A program made the position numbers and the translations under genes. Under the pieces are notes generated by a model. That model had not been told where the DNA came from. It saw only the letters and a program-made list of their open reading frames with translations, and did not search any database. DNA of 64,000 nucleotides from an uncultured Acidobacteriota bacterium (GTDB lineage: Bacteria; Acidobacteriota; Terriglobia; Acidiferrales; UBA7541): the NCBI GenBank assembly GCA_963838265.1, contig CAWIQN010000009.1, forward strand, positions 220,487 to 284,486, written 5' to 3'. Below are positions 1 to 9,989 of this stretch, in pieces (positions within the stretch are counted from its first letter, which is position 1; every line of letters begins with the position of its first letter).

Positions 1-96
1 CACCTGCGCGGTTTCCACGGTAAAAAACGAGCCGAGCACGACGCTCAAACCGAGAACTACGACTAATACGCCAAAAAACCAAAATATCCCGTCCAT
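1..96 (-). CDS. 5' part of a probable SPFH/band-7 family membrane protein (runs off the window; not in the ORF track)
   Basis: The reverse complement reads AGGGAGG-N7-ATG then MDGIFWFFGVLVVVLGLSVVLGSFFTVETAQV. This is a TM helix followed by an FFTV motif typical of SPFH N-termini. Only 32 codons are visible. Confidence 0.55.
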   Translation of the reverse strand, partial: MDGIFWFFGVLVVVLGLSVVLGSFFTVETAQV

Positions 97-518
97 TTCT
101 TGCCCTCCCTCTGCGCAGCAAACCAGCCTGCCGCTGCGTTTCCGCGCTTTCCCGTGTAAGGATTTTCTCGAAGATCCCGAAGTTGCCGAAAGTGTACACG
201 AAACCGAACCGCTCCAGCGGGCGTGCACGTCAAACGTTTCTAAGAACGCATAGGCGCGATGATCGAAGCCAGCGGAAACGAAGTGGGAGTTCTTCACCAA
301 GCTTCGCGAGAAGATGTCGCCTGCGCTGGCATGCGAGGGCGCGACGGAGATATACTCGCGAGTCCACATTTTTTAAACTTGTCGCTCCACCACGAATCCG
401 CGACCGTCGCAAGAATCCCGCGCCACCATCGCGATCATTGTTTATTGGGTGTTTATTGGGCATCCGTTGGCCGCGCATGCGCCGCGTTCGATCGGCACAA
501 ATTTTCGGAGAAAAACCT

Positions 519-2549
519 ATGAAGCCGTTGCACTTCTCGTTACACCTCGCGTCGCACCTTGTTCGTAAGACCTGCCTGCTGTCGCTATTGCTAGCGCTGT
601 GGCTTGCTGTGCCATCCTTCGCGCAGAGTCCGTCGCCGGGCGCTGCGCCGGGTGCGCAAGCGACGTTGCCAAACGAAACGCCGGCGCATTTCGTGCCCAA
701 GACCGACACGCTCGAGTACGTTCGCCGCACAGTTATGATTCCCATGCGCGATGGTGTGAAGTTGCACACGGAAATCCTCATCCCCAAGGGCGCCAATCGC
801 GCGCCGATTCTGCTGACGCGCACGCCGTACAACGCCGCGGAGCTCACCACGCACGCGGAGAGCTCGCATCTCGCGTCCATTCTCGAAGGCTACGACAACG
901 CTAACTTCGTCATCATCGAAGGCGGCTACATCCGCGTGATTCAGGATGTGCGCGGCAAGTACGGCTCCGAAGGCGAATACGTGATGAACCGTCCGCTGCA
1001 CGGCCCGCTCAATCCCACACCGGTCGATCATTCCACGGACACTTACGACACCATCGACTGGCTGGTGAAAAACATTCCGGAGAGCAACGGCAACGTGGGC
1101 ATTCTGGGAATTTCCTACGATGGCTTTACTCCATTGATGGCGCTGGTGAATCCGCACCCTGCGCTCAAAGTTTCCGTGCCGATGAATCCCATGGTGGATG
1201 GCTGGAAGGGCGACGACTGGTTTCACAACGGCGCGTTTCGCGAGCAAAACATGCCTTACATCTACGAGCAGGATGCTACGCGCGGCAATTCCGCCAAATG
1301 GTGGACCACCAACTATGACGACTACGACATGTACATGAAGGCTGGTTCCGCCGGCGAACTGGGCCGCGAACGCGGGCTGGAACAAGTTGGCTTCTGGCGA
1401 AAAATTCTCGAGCATCCGACCTACGACGCCTTTTGGCGCGAACAAGCCATGGACCAGATTTTGGGCGCGCAGCCGCTGAAAATTCCCGTGATGGTGGTGG
1501 ACAGCCTGTGGGATCAAGAAGACATTTACGGAGCTATTGCCGTTTACAAAGCGCTCAAATCCAAAGACGTCGACAACAATAAAGTTTTTCTCGTGATGGG
1601 ACCGTGGCATCACGGACAGGAAATCGATGACGGCAGTTCACTGGGGGCCATTAAATTCAACAGCGACACTTCGTTATATTTTCAGCGCGAAATACTTCGT
1701 CCCTTCCTTGACCACTATCTAAAAGATGACGCGCCTAAATCCAACGTCGCGCCGGTGAATGCCTTTGAAACGGGAACGAATACGTGGCTCCGCTTGCCAT
1801 CGTGGCCCGCGGGCTGCGCGGCGGATGCCAGCCCGGGCTGCGCGATTCATCCCACGCCGCTGTATCTGCAGGCCGGTCTGAAGCTGGGCTTTGCCGTACC
1901 GGTCGCGGGCGACGCTGCGGCTGGCGCCAGCTTCGAGGAGTATATTTCCGATCCCGCTAAGCCCGTGCCGTTTCGCGCGCGTCCCACGCGGCAAGTTGGC
2001 TATGATCACGGTCTGACGTGGCCGCTGTGGCTGGTCGACGACCAGCGCGAAGCCTCGGGTCGCCCCGACGTGGTGGTCTTCACCTCAGACGTGCTGCGCG
2101 CGCCGACCAAAATCAGCGGCCAGCCCATCGCCAACATCGTGGCGTCCACCAGCGGCACGGATTCGGATTGGGTTGTTAAGCTGATCGACGTCTATCCCGA
2201 CGAAGTGGCCGGCGATTCCGCCATGGGCGGCTACCAATTGATGATTTCCGCGGACATCTTCCGCGGCCGCTACCGCGAAAGCCTGGAGTTTGCCAAAGCC
2301 ATCGCGCCGGACCAACCGTTGCTCTACCGCTTCGCGCTACCGACCGCCAATCACGTTTTTTTGCCCGGGCATCGCATCATGGTGCAGATCCAATCCAGCT
2401 GGTTTCCGCTGTACGACCGCAACCCGCAGACGTTTGTCCCGTCTATCTTCTGGGCCAAACCGGCGGACTATCGCAAAGCCACGCAACGCATCTATCACGC
2501 GCCGGGTCAGGCCAGCTTTATCGAATTGCCGCTGGTCACCGCGCCATAA
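519..2549 (+). CDS. Secreted CocE/NonD family hydrolase (alpha-amino acid ester hydrolase / glutaryl-7-ACA acylase-like)
   Basis: Motifs IPMRDGVKL, LTRTPY, GISYDG nucleophile and a C-terminal PepX_C-like domain; signal peptide ending SFA-Q. Start moved from 183 to ATG 519 behind GGAG. Confidence 0.88.
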   Translation: MKPLHFSLHLASHLVRKTCLLSLLLALWLAVPSFAQSPSPGAAPGAQATLPNETPAHFVPKTDTLEYVRRTVMIPMRDGVKLHTEILIPKGANRAPILLTRTPYNAAELTTHAESSHLASILEGYDNANFVIIEGGYIRVIQDVRGKYGSEGEYVMNRPLHGPLNPTPVDHSTDTYDTIDWLVKNIPESNGNVGILGISYDGFTPLMALVNPHPALKVSVPMNPMVDGWKGDDWFHNGAFREQNMPYIYEQDATRGNSAKWWTTNYDDYDMYMKAGSAGELGRERGLEQVGFWRKILEHPTYDAFWREQAMDQILGAQPLKIPVMVVDSLWDQEDIYGAIAVYKALKSKDVDNNKVFLVMGPWHHGQEIDDGSSLGAIKFNSDTSLYFQREILRPFLDHYLKDDAPKSNVAPVNAFETGTNTWLRLPSWPAGCAADASPGCAIHPTPLYLQAGLKLGFAVPVAGDAAAGASFEEYISDPAKPVPFRARPTRQVGYDHGLTWPLWLVDDQREASGRPDVVVFTSDVLRAPTKISGQPIANIVASTSGTDSDWVVKLIDVYPDEVAGDSAMGGYQLMISADIFRGRYRESLEFAKAIAPDQPLLYRFALPTANHVFLPGHRIMVQIQSSWFPLYDRNPQTFVPSIFWAKPADYRKATQRIYHAPGQASFIELPLVTAP

Positions 2550-2615
2550 ATTGGCAGAAGCTCGATCTTTTTGGTTTTATTTGCAACGCATCATATCGTC
2601 GCAGGGAGGCGCTTG

Positions 2616-4037
2616 ATGATTCTGAAACATGTCGCAGGTGAATTTGGGTGGCAGAGAAAGTTGCGCGCGAAAAGCCTTCTGTTCGCCGGACTTTTTGTCG
2701 CAGGTCTCGCCGTGCTTGCGAGTGGGCAATTCGCGTCAGCGCAGTCGGCGCATGCGACGGTAGCCGTGACCAACGCGAAAATTCTCCCCATCGATGGGCC
2801 GGCGATTGAACACGGCACGCTAGTCGTGCGCGACGGGAAAATTGTGGCCGTAGGCGATACCGCATCCACAAAAATTCCTGACGGCGCCACGGTCATCGAC
2901 GCTTCCGGCAAAACCGTCATGCCCGGCATCGTGGATTCGCATTCCCACATCGGTGACGACGGCAACATCCTCGTCTCCGATGGACAGGACGGCAACGAGG
3001 GCACCAATCCCGTGCAGCCCGCGCTGCGCGTCATTGATTCCATCAATCCCGCCGACCCCAACATTCGCATCGCGCTTTCTGGCGGCATCACCACGGCCAA
3101 CATTCTTCCCGGCAGCGCCAACGTGATGGGCGGGCAATCCGCGTACATCAAACTTCGCGGCGCGACGATTGAGGAAATGCTGGTACCTGGCTCCATCGGC
3201 GGAATGAAGATGGCCAACGGGACCAATCCCAAAGGCTACGGTTCGCGCGGCCAAGCTCCAATGACGCGCATGGAAGAGGCTGCGCTCGCCCGCGGCATCT
3301 ACGAAAAGGCCCAGCAGTACAAGATTCACTGGGATGCGTATAACAAAGCAGTCGCCGCGGGAGACAAGACCGCCAAAGCTCCGGACCCGGATCCCGGCCT
3401 CGACGCCGTGGTGCAAATCCTCGAAGGCAAGCGCATCGTGCACAATCACACGCACCGCGCCGACGACGTCATGACCGTTTTGCGGCTGTCTGACGAATTT
3501 CACTATCGCGTAGTGGTGCATCACGGCACGGAGTCCTGCATGGTCGCCAACGAATTGGCGCGCCGTCACGTGGGGGTCAGCTACACCATGATCGATGCGC
3601 CCGGCGGCAAACCCGAAACCATTAACGTGAATATGAGCTGCCCCGCCCAGTTGGAAAAAGCCGGCGTGAAGGTGGCCTTCAACACCGACGACCCCATCAC
3701 CAACTCCCGCCTGCTGCTGCGTTCCGCGGCACTCGCCATTCGCGGCGGCATGTCCGAAGACGCCGCGCTGAAGGGCTTGACCATCTATCCCGCGGAAATG
3801 CTCGATCTGCAAAACCGGGTTGGTTCGCTAACGCCCGGCAAAGATGCGGACTTCGTGATACTGAGCGGCGCGCCCTTCAGCGTTTACACCCACGTGCTGC
3901 AGACCTGGATCGAAGGGCAAAAAGTTTTTGATCGCAGCGATCCCGCGGACCTGCATTACGCCACGGGCGGGTTTGCCGTCGGCGCGCGTTACCCCAAGCT
4001 GGATCCTGCGCAGCCAGTTGCTGGAGGTGCCCAGTGA
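2616..4037 (+). CDS. Secreted amidohydrolase family protein (metal ligands intact)
   Basis: PGIVDSHSH, MKMANG, HTHRADD, HHGTE, FNTDDP, GSLTPGKDADFV. GGGAGG RBS before ATG 2616. Confidence 0.85.
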   Translation: MILKHVAGEFGWQRKLRAKSLLFAGLFVAGLAVLASGQFASAQSAHATVAVTNAKILPIDGPAIEHGTLVVRDGKIVAVGDTASTKIPDGATVIDASGKTVMPGIVDSHSHIGDDGNILVSDGQDGNEGTNPVQPALRVIDSINPADPNIRIALSGGITTANILPGSANVMGGQSAYIKLRGATIEEMLVPGSIGGMKMANGTNPKGYGSRGQAPMTRMEEAALARGIYEKAQQYKIHWDAYNKAVAAGDKTAKAPDPDPGLDAVVQILEGKRIVHNHTHRADDVMTVLRLSDEFHYRVVVHHGTESCMVANELARRHVGVSYTMIDAPGGKPETINVNMSCPAQLEKAGVKVAFNTDDPITNSRLLLRSAALAIRGGMSEDAALKGLTIYPAEMLDLQNRVGSLTPGKDADFVILSGAPFSVYTHVLQTWIEGQKVFDRSDPADLHYATGGFAVGARYPKLDPAQPVAGGAQ

Positions 4038-5338
4038 AATTCTCAGCGAAGCCCTCCGTAAAACTCTCCGTGAAATTCTTCGCGTTTATTTTGACCGCAG
4101 CGCTCGGCTTCGCGGCGGCGAGTTCCACTCGCGCGCAAAATGTTGCCATCAGCGCCGACCATCTATATTCCATGGACGGCACAGCGCCGCAGGGCGGTCC
4201 TGGCCTGGTGCTGATTCGCGACGGCAAGATCGAAGCCGTGCGCAGCGGAGCGAATCTTGCCGCACCCGCAGGCTATCAAGCGCTGCACGCCGTGTACGTC
4301 ACTCCCGGTTTGATCGATACGGACACTACCACCGGCGTTTCCGGCGCATACAACATCCCCGCCGATCAGGATCAGGACGAATCCACCGACCCCAACACCG
4401 CCGACGTGCACGTGCGTGATTCGCTCAATCCGCAGGATCTTCTCTATCGCTACGTAAACTCCTTCGGCGTGACCACGCTTCAAGTGGCCCCGGGTGATCG
4501 CAATCCCATCGCCGGCGTCGCGGGCATCTTCAAGACGGTCGGTCCGCAATCGGCAATTACCACCGTGGACCAAATCTCCCTGCGTCCTGAGTCCGCCATG
4601 GTCTTCAATCTTGGCGAAGGTCCAAAGGAAACCTACGGCTCGGCCCGCACGGCTCCCATGACGCGCATGAAAACCGCCGAGATCATTCGCCACGCGCTGT
4701 TGGACGCCCAGCAGTATCGCGCCAAGTGGGACAAGTGGCAGAAGGATGGTAGCGACGCCACCAAGCTGCCCACGCTCGATACGCGCTTGGCAGTCCTCGC
4801 CGAAGTCGTCGCCGGAAAACTCCCCGCCATCTTCAATGCTTATCGCGCCGATGATATCGATACCGCCATCCGTATCGGCACGGAATTTCGCCTGAAATAT
4901 ATGATCGCCTCCGCCACCGAGGCATATCTGATCACCGATGTCGTCCGCAAAGCTGGCGTTCCCGTGCTGCTCGGTCCGGTGATGCAAGCGCCGTTCCGCC
5001 ACGAAACTGCCAACGCCACCTATGAAAATGCCGCGCTCGTCAGCCAAGCCGGGATTCCCATGGCGCTGATGACCGGCTACGAAGCCTACGTGCCGAAAAG
5101 CCGCATTCTTATTTTCGAAGCCGCCATCGCCGCCGCCAACGGCCTGGGCCTCGAGGGCGCGCTGCGCGCCATCACCATTTCCGCCGCGAAAATTCTCGGA
5201 GTCGATGGCAAGCTAGGCTCGCTCGCCGCGGGCAAAGACGCCGACGTAGTGCTCTTCGATGGCGATCCCTTTGAGTACACCAGCCACGTACAAACCGTCC
5301 TGGTCGGCGGCGCCGTAACCTATCAACGAGCACCGTAA
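4034..5338 (+). CDS. Secreted amidohydrolase-fold protein lacking metal ligands
   Basis: PGLID and GSLAAGKDADVV fold motifs are present, but HxH is replaced by TDT. The GTG start overlaps the upstream TGA. Confidence 0.8.
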   Translation: MKFSAKPSVKLSVKFFAFILTAALGFAAASSTRAQNVAISADHLYSMDGTAPQGGPGLVLIRDGKIEAVRSGANLAAPAGYQALHAVYVTPGLIDTDTTTGVSGAYNIPADQDQDESTDPNTADVHVRDSLNPQDLLYRYVNSFGVTTLQVAPGDRNPIAGVAGIFKTVGPQSAITTVDQISLRPESAMVFNLGEGPKETYGSARTAPMTRMKTAEIIRHALLDAQQYRAKWDKWQKDGSDATKLPTLDTRLAVLAEVVAGKLPAIFNAYRADDIDTAIRIGTEFRLKYMIASATEAYLITDVVRKAGVPVLLGPVMQAPFRHETANATYENAALVSQAGIPMALMTGYEAYVPKSRILIFEAAIAAANGLGLEGALRAITISAAKILGVDGKLGSLAAGKDADVVLFDGDPFEYTSHVQTVLVGGAVTYQRAP

Positions 5339-5461
5339 GCCGGTGGCGAGCTCGACGTGCGCCTCGTTGTCTGCATCTGACCAAAGATGAGTCGCGATTG
5401 CGGGTGCAATAGTAAGTCGCGATAGAATTTGTTGCATTGCGATATTGAGAGGGGATCCCAC

Positions 5462-7597
5462 GTGAACAAACAATCCTGGCGATATCTTGCTTTGACCATG
5501 CTGGTCTTGGCAGCGACCTGCGGACTGACGGCTGCCGCGGCGGATGATTCGCCCGCCGTGAAGCCTCCAGTGGCAAAGAAAGTTCCGAAGACCACGCAGA
5601 TCAATGGCGTAACACTCGTCGACAACTATTTCTGGATGCGCGAGAAAAGCAATCCCGAAGTGCGCGCCTACCTCGAAGCCGAGAACGCCTACACCGACGC
5701 GGTCATGAAGCCCACCGAGCCGCTGCAGAAAAAACTGTATGCGGAGATGCTCAGCCGCATCAAGGAAACCGATGTGGACGTGCCCTATCGCGAGGGCGAT
5801 TACTTTTATTATTCGCGCACGCAGGCGGGACAGCAGTACGCGATTTTCTGCCGAAAAAAGGGAAGCTTGGAAGCTCCCGAAGAAATCATGCTGGACGTGA
5901 ACGAACTAGCCAAAGGGCAGAAGTTCATGTCTTTGGGCGGGTTCGTGGCGGGCGACGATGGCAATCTGCTGGCCTACATCACGGACAATACCGGCTTCCG
6001 GCAATACACGCTGGCCATGAAGGATTTGCGCACCGGCCAAGTACTCGCGGATCACGTCGAGCGGGTGGATTCGTTCGCCTGGGCCAACGATAACAAGACG
6101 CTGTTTTATACCATCGAAGATGAAGTCTCCAAGCGCTCGTATCGCCTGTACCGGCACACCGCCGGAAGCGCCGGGCCGGATGCGCTCATCTACGAAGAAA
6201 AAGACGAGCGCTTCGATGTGTACGTCCAAAAGACCCGCAGCCACGCGTACCTTTTTCTAACCTCCAGCAGCCACACCACCAGCGAAGCGCGTTACATTCC
6301 GGCCGGCCAGCCAATGGCGGAATGGAAAATCCTCGAGCCGCGCAAACAAGGCGTCGAGTATTACCCGGACCACAATGGAAGCTCCTTCTACATTCGCGTG
6401 AACGATACCGGCCGCAATTTCCGACTGGTGAAAACGCCGGTGGATGCTCCCGGAAGCGCGAACTGGAAGGAAGTGGTCCCGCAGCGCGCCAACGTGATGC
6501 TCGATGACGTGGACTTTTTCAAGAATTACTACGTGCTGTCCGAGCGCGAAAATGGTTTGCCGCAAATAGGCGTCACGGATCTGGTCACTGGGGCCGCGCG
6601 CCGCATCGCGTTTCCTGAGCCGGCGTACCTAACGTATGTGCACACCAATCGGCAATATGACACGACGAAGTTTCGCTACGGCTATCAGTCCTTTATTACT
6701 CCCGCTTCGGTCTTCGAGTACGACATGGCCACCGGCGCGTCGGTACTGTTGAAACAGCGCGAAATCCCGGGTGGCTTCGACCGCTCCAAATATCAAGTCG
6801 AACAGATTTATGCCACCGCCACCGATGGCGTGAAAGTTCCCATCTCCTTGGTGCACTTGCGCGGCCTCAAGCTGGACGGCCAAGGGCCTTTATTTCTTAC
6901 CGCCTATGGTTCCTATGGAGCTTCCAGCGATGTCTATTTCAACTCCGATCTTTTCAGCTTGGTAGATCGCGGGGTGGTGTATGCCGTGGCGCACATCCGC
7001 GGCGGCGGAGAAATGGGCAAAGCCTGGCATGACGACGGCCGCATGATGCACAAGAAAAATACTTTCACCGACTTCATCGCCTCGGCGGAGTATTTGGTCG
7101 CGCAACGCTACGGCTCTAACGATCGCCTGGTGATTCAAGGCGCCAGCGCCGGCGGGCTGCTGATGGGCGCGGTGCTCAACATGCGTCCTGATTTATTTCA
7201 CGCCGCGCTGGTGCAAGTGCCTTTTGTCGACGTGATGAACACCATGCTGGACGAGACCCTGCCGCTCACCGTCGGCGAATTTGAAGAATGGGGCAATCCC
7301 AAAGAAAAAGCCGCCTTCGACTACATGCTCACCTATTCGCCTTACGACAACGTCGTCGCCAAGGACTATCCCAACATGCTGGTGCGCACTTCCTTCAACG
7401 ACAGCCAGGTAATGTACTGGGAGCCCGCCAAATACGTGGCCAAAATGCGGGCCTTGCGCACCGATCACAACATTTTGATCTTCAAGACCAACCTGGATCC
7501 CGCGGGACACGGCGGCATGTCCGGCCGCTACGACCGGCTGAAGGATGTGGCATTCAATTACGCGTACTTTCTTACCCAGATGGGCATCTCAAACTGA
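5462..7597 (+). CDS. ptrB: Oligopeptidase B (S9A serine peptidase) with signal peptide
   Basis: DNYFWMRE, HIRGGGEMG, GASAGG (Ser), DSQV (Asp), AGHGG (His). Start set at GTG 5462. Confidence 0.88.
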   Translation: MNKQSWRYLALTMLVLAATCGLTAAAADDSPAVKPPVAKKVPKTTQINGVTLVDNYFWMREKSNPEVRAYLEAENAYTDAVMKPTEPLQKKLYAEMLSRIKETDVDVPYREGDYFYYSRTQAGQQYAIFCRKKGSLEAPEEIMLDVNELAKGQKFMSLGGFVAGDDGNLLAYITDNTGFRQYTLAMKDLRTGQVLADHVERVDSFAWANDNKTLFYTIEDEVSKRSYRLYRHTAGSAGPDALIYEEKDERFDVYVQKTRSHAYLFLTSSSHTTSEARYIPAGQPMAEWKILEPRKQGVEYYPDHNGSSFYIRVNDTGRNFRLVKTPVDAPGSANWKEVVPQRANVMLDDVDFFKNYYVLSERENGLPQIGVTDLVTGAARRIAFPEPAYLTYVHTNRQYDTTKFRYGYQSFITPASVFEYDMATGASVLLKQREIPGGFDRSKYQVEQIYATATDGVKVPISLVHLRGLKLDGQGPLFLTAYGSYGASSDVYFNSDLFSLVDRGVVYAVAHIRGGGEMGKAWHDDGRMMHKKNTFTDFIASAEYLVAQRYGSNDRLVIQGASAGGLLMGAVLNMRPDLFHAALVQVPFVDVMNTMLDETLPLTVGEFEEWGNPKEKAAFDYMLTYSPYDNVVAKDYPNMLVRTSFNDSQVMYWEPAKYVAKMRALRTDHNILIFKTNLDPAGHGGMSGRYDRLKDVAFNYAYFLTQMGISN

Positions 7598-7718
7598 AGG
7601 AAGAACCGCTTTCGGGTCGTGTAATCGCGCGATTGCGGCATGCCCCGGAAGTCATTATGATGGACGCGCCCTAGAATTCTCAGCGATAACGGCGATGTTC
7701 TAACTAAGGAGATTTTCG

Positions 7719-8423
7719 ATGAAGCGATGGATAGCTGGATGTATGAGTTTTGCAATGTGCGCGCTGCCAATCTTGGCGGCCGACGACAGCACCAAGGAAT
7801 CCGACCGGCTGAGTAACTGCGGCACGGTGATGACCGAAATCCTAAACGTACCTGACGACATTCCGCAGGATTTGCTGCAAAAAGCAGAATGCGTCATCGT
7901 CTATCCCTCGGTTCTAAAAGCCGCATTCGTGGTCGGCGGTAGCTACGGCCGCGGCGCCATGACTTGCCGCACCGGCTCCAACTTCCGCGGCCCGTGGAGC
8001 GCTCCTTCCATGATGGCTCTCGAGGGCGGAAGCTTCGGTCTGCAAATCGGCGGACAAGCCACGGACTTCGTGCTGCTGATCATGAACGACCGCGGCGCGC
8101 AATCCATTCTGAGCAGCAAGGTGAAGCTCGGCGGAGACGCCTCCGTCGCCGCGGGTCCCAAGGGCCGCACCGCTTCAGCCGAATCGGACGTCACGCTGCG
8201 CGCGGAAGTTCTCTCCTATTCCAGGTCGCGCGGATTGTTTGCGGGCATTTCGCTGGAAGGCTCGACGGTGCGCCCGGACAACGACGCCAACGAACGCCTC
8301 TACGGCAAGAAGGTCTCCGCGAAAGACATCATCTTCGGCGGTGCGGTGAAGGTTCCGCCCTCCGGCCAAAAGCTGATCTATACGCTCAATCGCCACGCGG
8401 GAGTCAACAAGTCTTCCAAGTAG
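7719..8423 (+). CDS. Lipid-binding SYLF (Ysc84-like) domain protein
   Basis: KAAFVVGGSYGRG, GGSFGLQIGGQATD, SYSRSRGLFAGISLEG; signal peptide. Confidence 0.85.
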   Translation: MKRWIAGCMSFAMCALPILAADDSTKESDRLSNCGTVMTEILNVPDDIPQDLLQKAECVIVYPSVLKAAFVVGGSYGRGAMTCRTGSNFRGPWSAPSMMALEGGSFGLQIGGQATDFVLLIMNDRGAQSILSSKVKLGGDASVAAGPKGRTASAESDVTLRAEVLSYSRSRGLFAGISLEGSTVRPDNDANERLYGKKVSAKDIIFGGAVKVPPSGQKLIYTLNRHAGVNKSSK

Positions 8424-8439
8424 TCTTCGCCGGCTCACG

Positions 8440-8486
8440 AAAAACCGCGCCGCCAAACGTGGCAGTCTGTCACGTCTGGTGGCGCG
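8440..8486 (-). terminator. Long hairpin between convergent SYLF and aceA; probable aceA terminator
   Basis: CGCGCCGCCA pairs with TGGTGGCGCG and ACGTGGCAG with CTGTCACGT; a T run follows on the minus strand. Confidence 0.55.
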
Positions 8487-8503
8487 TCCAATTGTCTTAT
8501 TGT

Positions 8504-9889
8504 TCAGACCGTTTGTGACGCGGCTACGCTCTTTGCGTGGCCGTGCGTTTTCTTATCGTCCTTGTGCTCGTCGCTATCGTGGTCGTGATGGAACTGCGCG
8601 GCTTCCGTCGAGCCCGCCAGCGCTGTCGTCGATGACGCACCGCCGGACACTACGTAGGCGATTTCGTCAAAGTAGCCCGTGCCCACAAATGCCTGATGCT
8701 TCACCGCGCGATAGCCCAGTTCCTGCGCGGCAAACTCTTCCTGCTGCAGCTTGGAATACGCCGTCATGCCGGCGCTGGCATAGCCGCGCGCCAGGTGGAA
8801 CATGGACATATTCAGCGCGTGGAAACCCGCCAGCGTCACAAACTGAAACTTGTAGCCCATCTTGCCCAGTTCGTGCTGAAAATTGGCGATGGTCACATCG
8901 TCCAGTTTTTTCTTCCAGTTGAACGATGGCGAGCAATTGTAGGCCAGCAGCTTGCCCGGAAATTTCGCGTGAATGGCATCCGCGAACTTTCGCGCCTCGG
9001 CCAAATCCGGCGTCGAAGTTTCGCACCACAGCATGTCCGCGTACGGCGCGTACGATAAGCCGCGATTGATGGCCGCGTCGATGCCGCCGCGGAATTGAAA
9101 GAATCCTTCCGGCGTGCGGTCGCCGTAAATGAATTCGCGGTCGCGCTCGTCAGCGTCGGAAAGCAGCAGCCCTGCGGAGTTGGCGTCCGTGCGCGCAATT
9201 AAAATGGTGGGCACGCCGCAAACGTCGGCGGCCAATCGCGCGGCCGTCAGCTTCTCGATAAACTCCCGCGTGGGCACCACCACTTTACCGCCCAGATGCC
9301 CGCACTTTTTGGCGGAAGAAAGTTGATCCTCAAAGTGTACGCCCGCCGCGCCCGCTTCAATCATCGCTTTCATCAGTTCGTACGCGTTCAACGAGCCGCC
9401 GAAGCCGGCTTCCGCGTCCGCCACGATCGGCGCGTACCAGTAAGTGCCCGCGTCTGCCGCGTCTGCGCCTTTGCGCTCCACGGAATCGATTTGGTCCGCG
9501 CGTTGCAACGCGCGATTCAGCCGCGCCACTAGTTTCGGCGCGGAATCGCACGGGTACAGGGATTGGTCGGGATACACGTCGCCGGCGGAGTTGCCGTCCG
9601 CCGCCACTTGCCAGCCTGATCCGTAAATCGCCAGCAGCCCGGCCTGCACCATTTCGATGGCCTGATTGCCGGTGATCGCGCCCAGCGCGGGAACGAACTC
9701 TTCGTCATGCATTACCTTCCACAGCCGCTCGGCGCCCAGTCGCGCCAGCGTGTATTCGATTTGCACCGAGCCGCGCAGTCGCAATACATCTTCGTGCGAG
9801 TACGTCCGCTTGATGCCAGACCAACGCGCGTTGCTGGACCAGTCAGAAATTGACTTGTTACCTGCTTCGTTGATCTTCGTCGCTGACAT
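8504..9889 (-). CDS. aceA: Isocitrate lyase
   Basis: KKCGHLGGK catalytic motif, [27 protein letters not shown]. Confidence 0.96.
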   Translation of the reverse strand: MSATKINEAGNKSISDWSSNARWSGIKRTYSHEDVLRLRGSVQIEYTLARLGAERLWKVMHDEEFVPALGAITGNQAIEMVQAGLLAIYGSGWQVAADGNSAGDVYPDQSLYPCDSAPKLVARLNRALQRADQIDSVERKGADAADAGTYWYAPIVADAEAGFGGSLNAYELMKAMIEAGAAGVHFEDQLSSAKKCGHLGGKVVVPTREFIEKLTAARLAADVCGVPTILIARTDANSAGLLLSDADERDREFIYGDRTPEGFFQFRGGIDAAINRGLSYAPYADMLWCETSTPDLAEARKFADAIHAKFPGKLLAYNCSPSFNWKKKLDDVTIANFQHELGKMGYKFQFVTLAGFHALNMSMFHLARGYASAGMTAYSKLQQEEFAAQELGYRAVKHQAFVGTGYFDEIAYVVSGGASSTTALAGSTEAAQFHHDHDSDEHKDDKKTHGHAKSVAASQTV

Positions 9890-9989
9890 AATCGCTCCTC
9901 ACAAACCAAACGTTGAAAATCAAAATCCGGAAACTGTCGCGTCGAAGGCAGGGCAAATAACCCCGCACCGCGCGAACTCTACCTCGCAC

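Noticed and set aside
183-518. N-terminal extensions of track ORFs (also rsmA 15329-15595, nuoD 44020-44394, moaC 25620-25826, nuoM 34550-34633)
   Set aside because: They are Arg/Pro-rich run-ins through intergenic DNA, repeats or neighbouring genes. Family-typical starts lie downstream.
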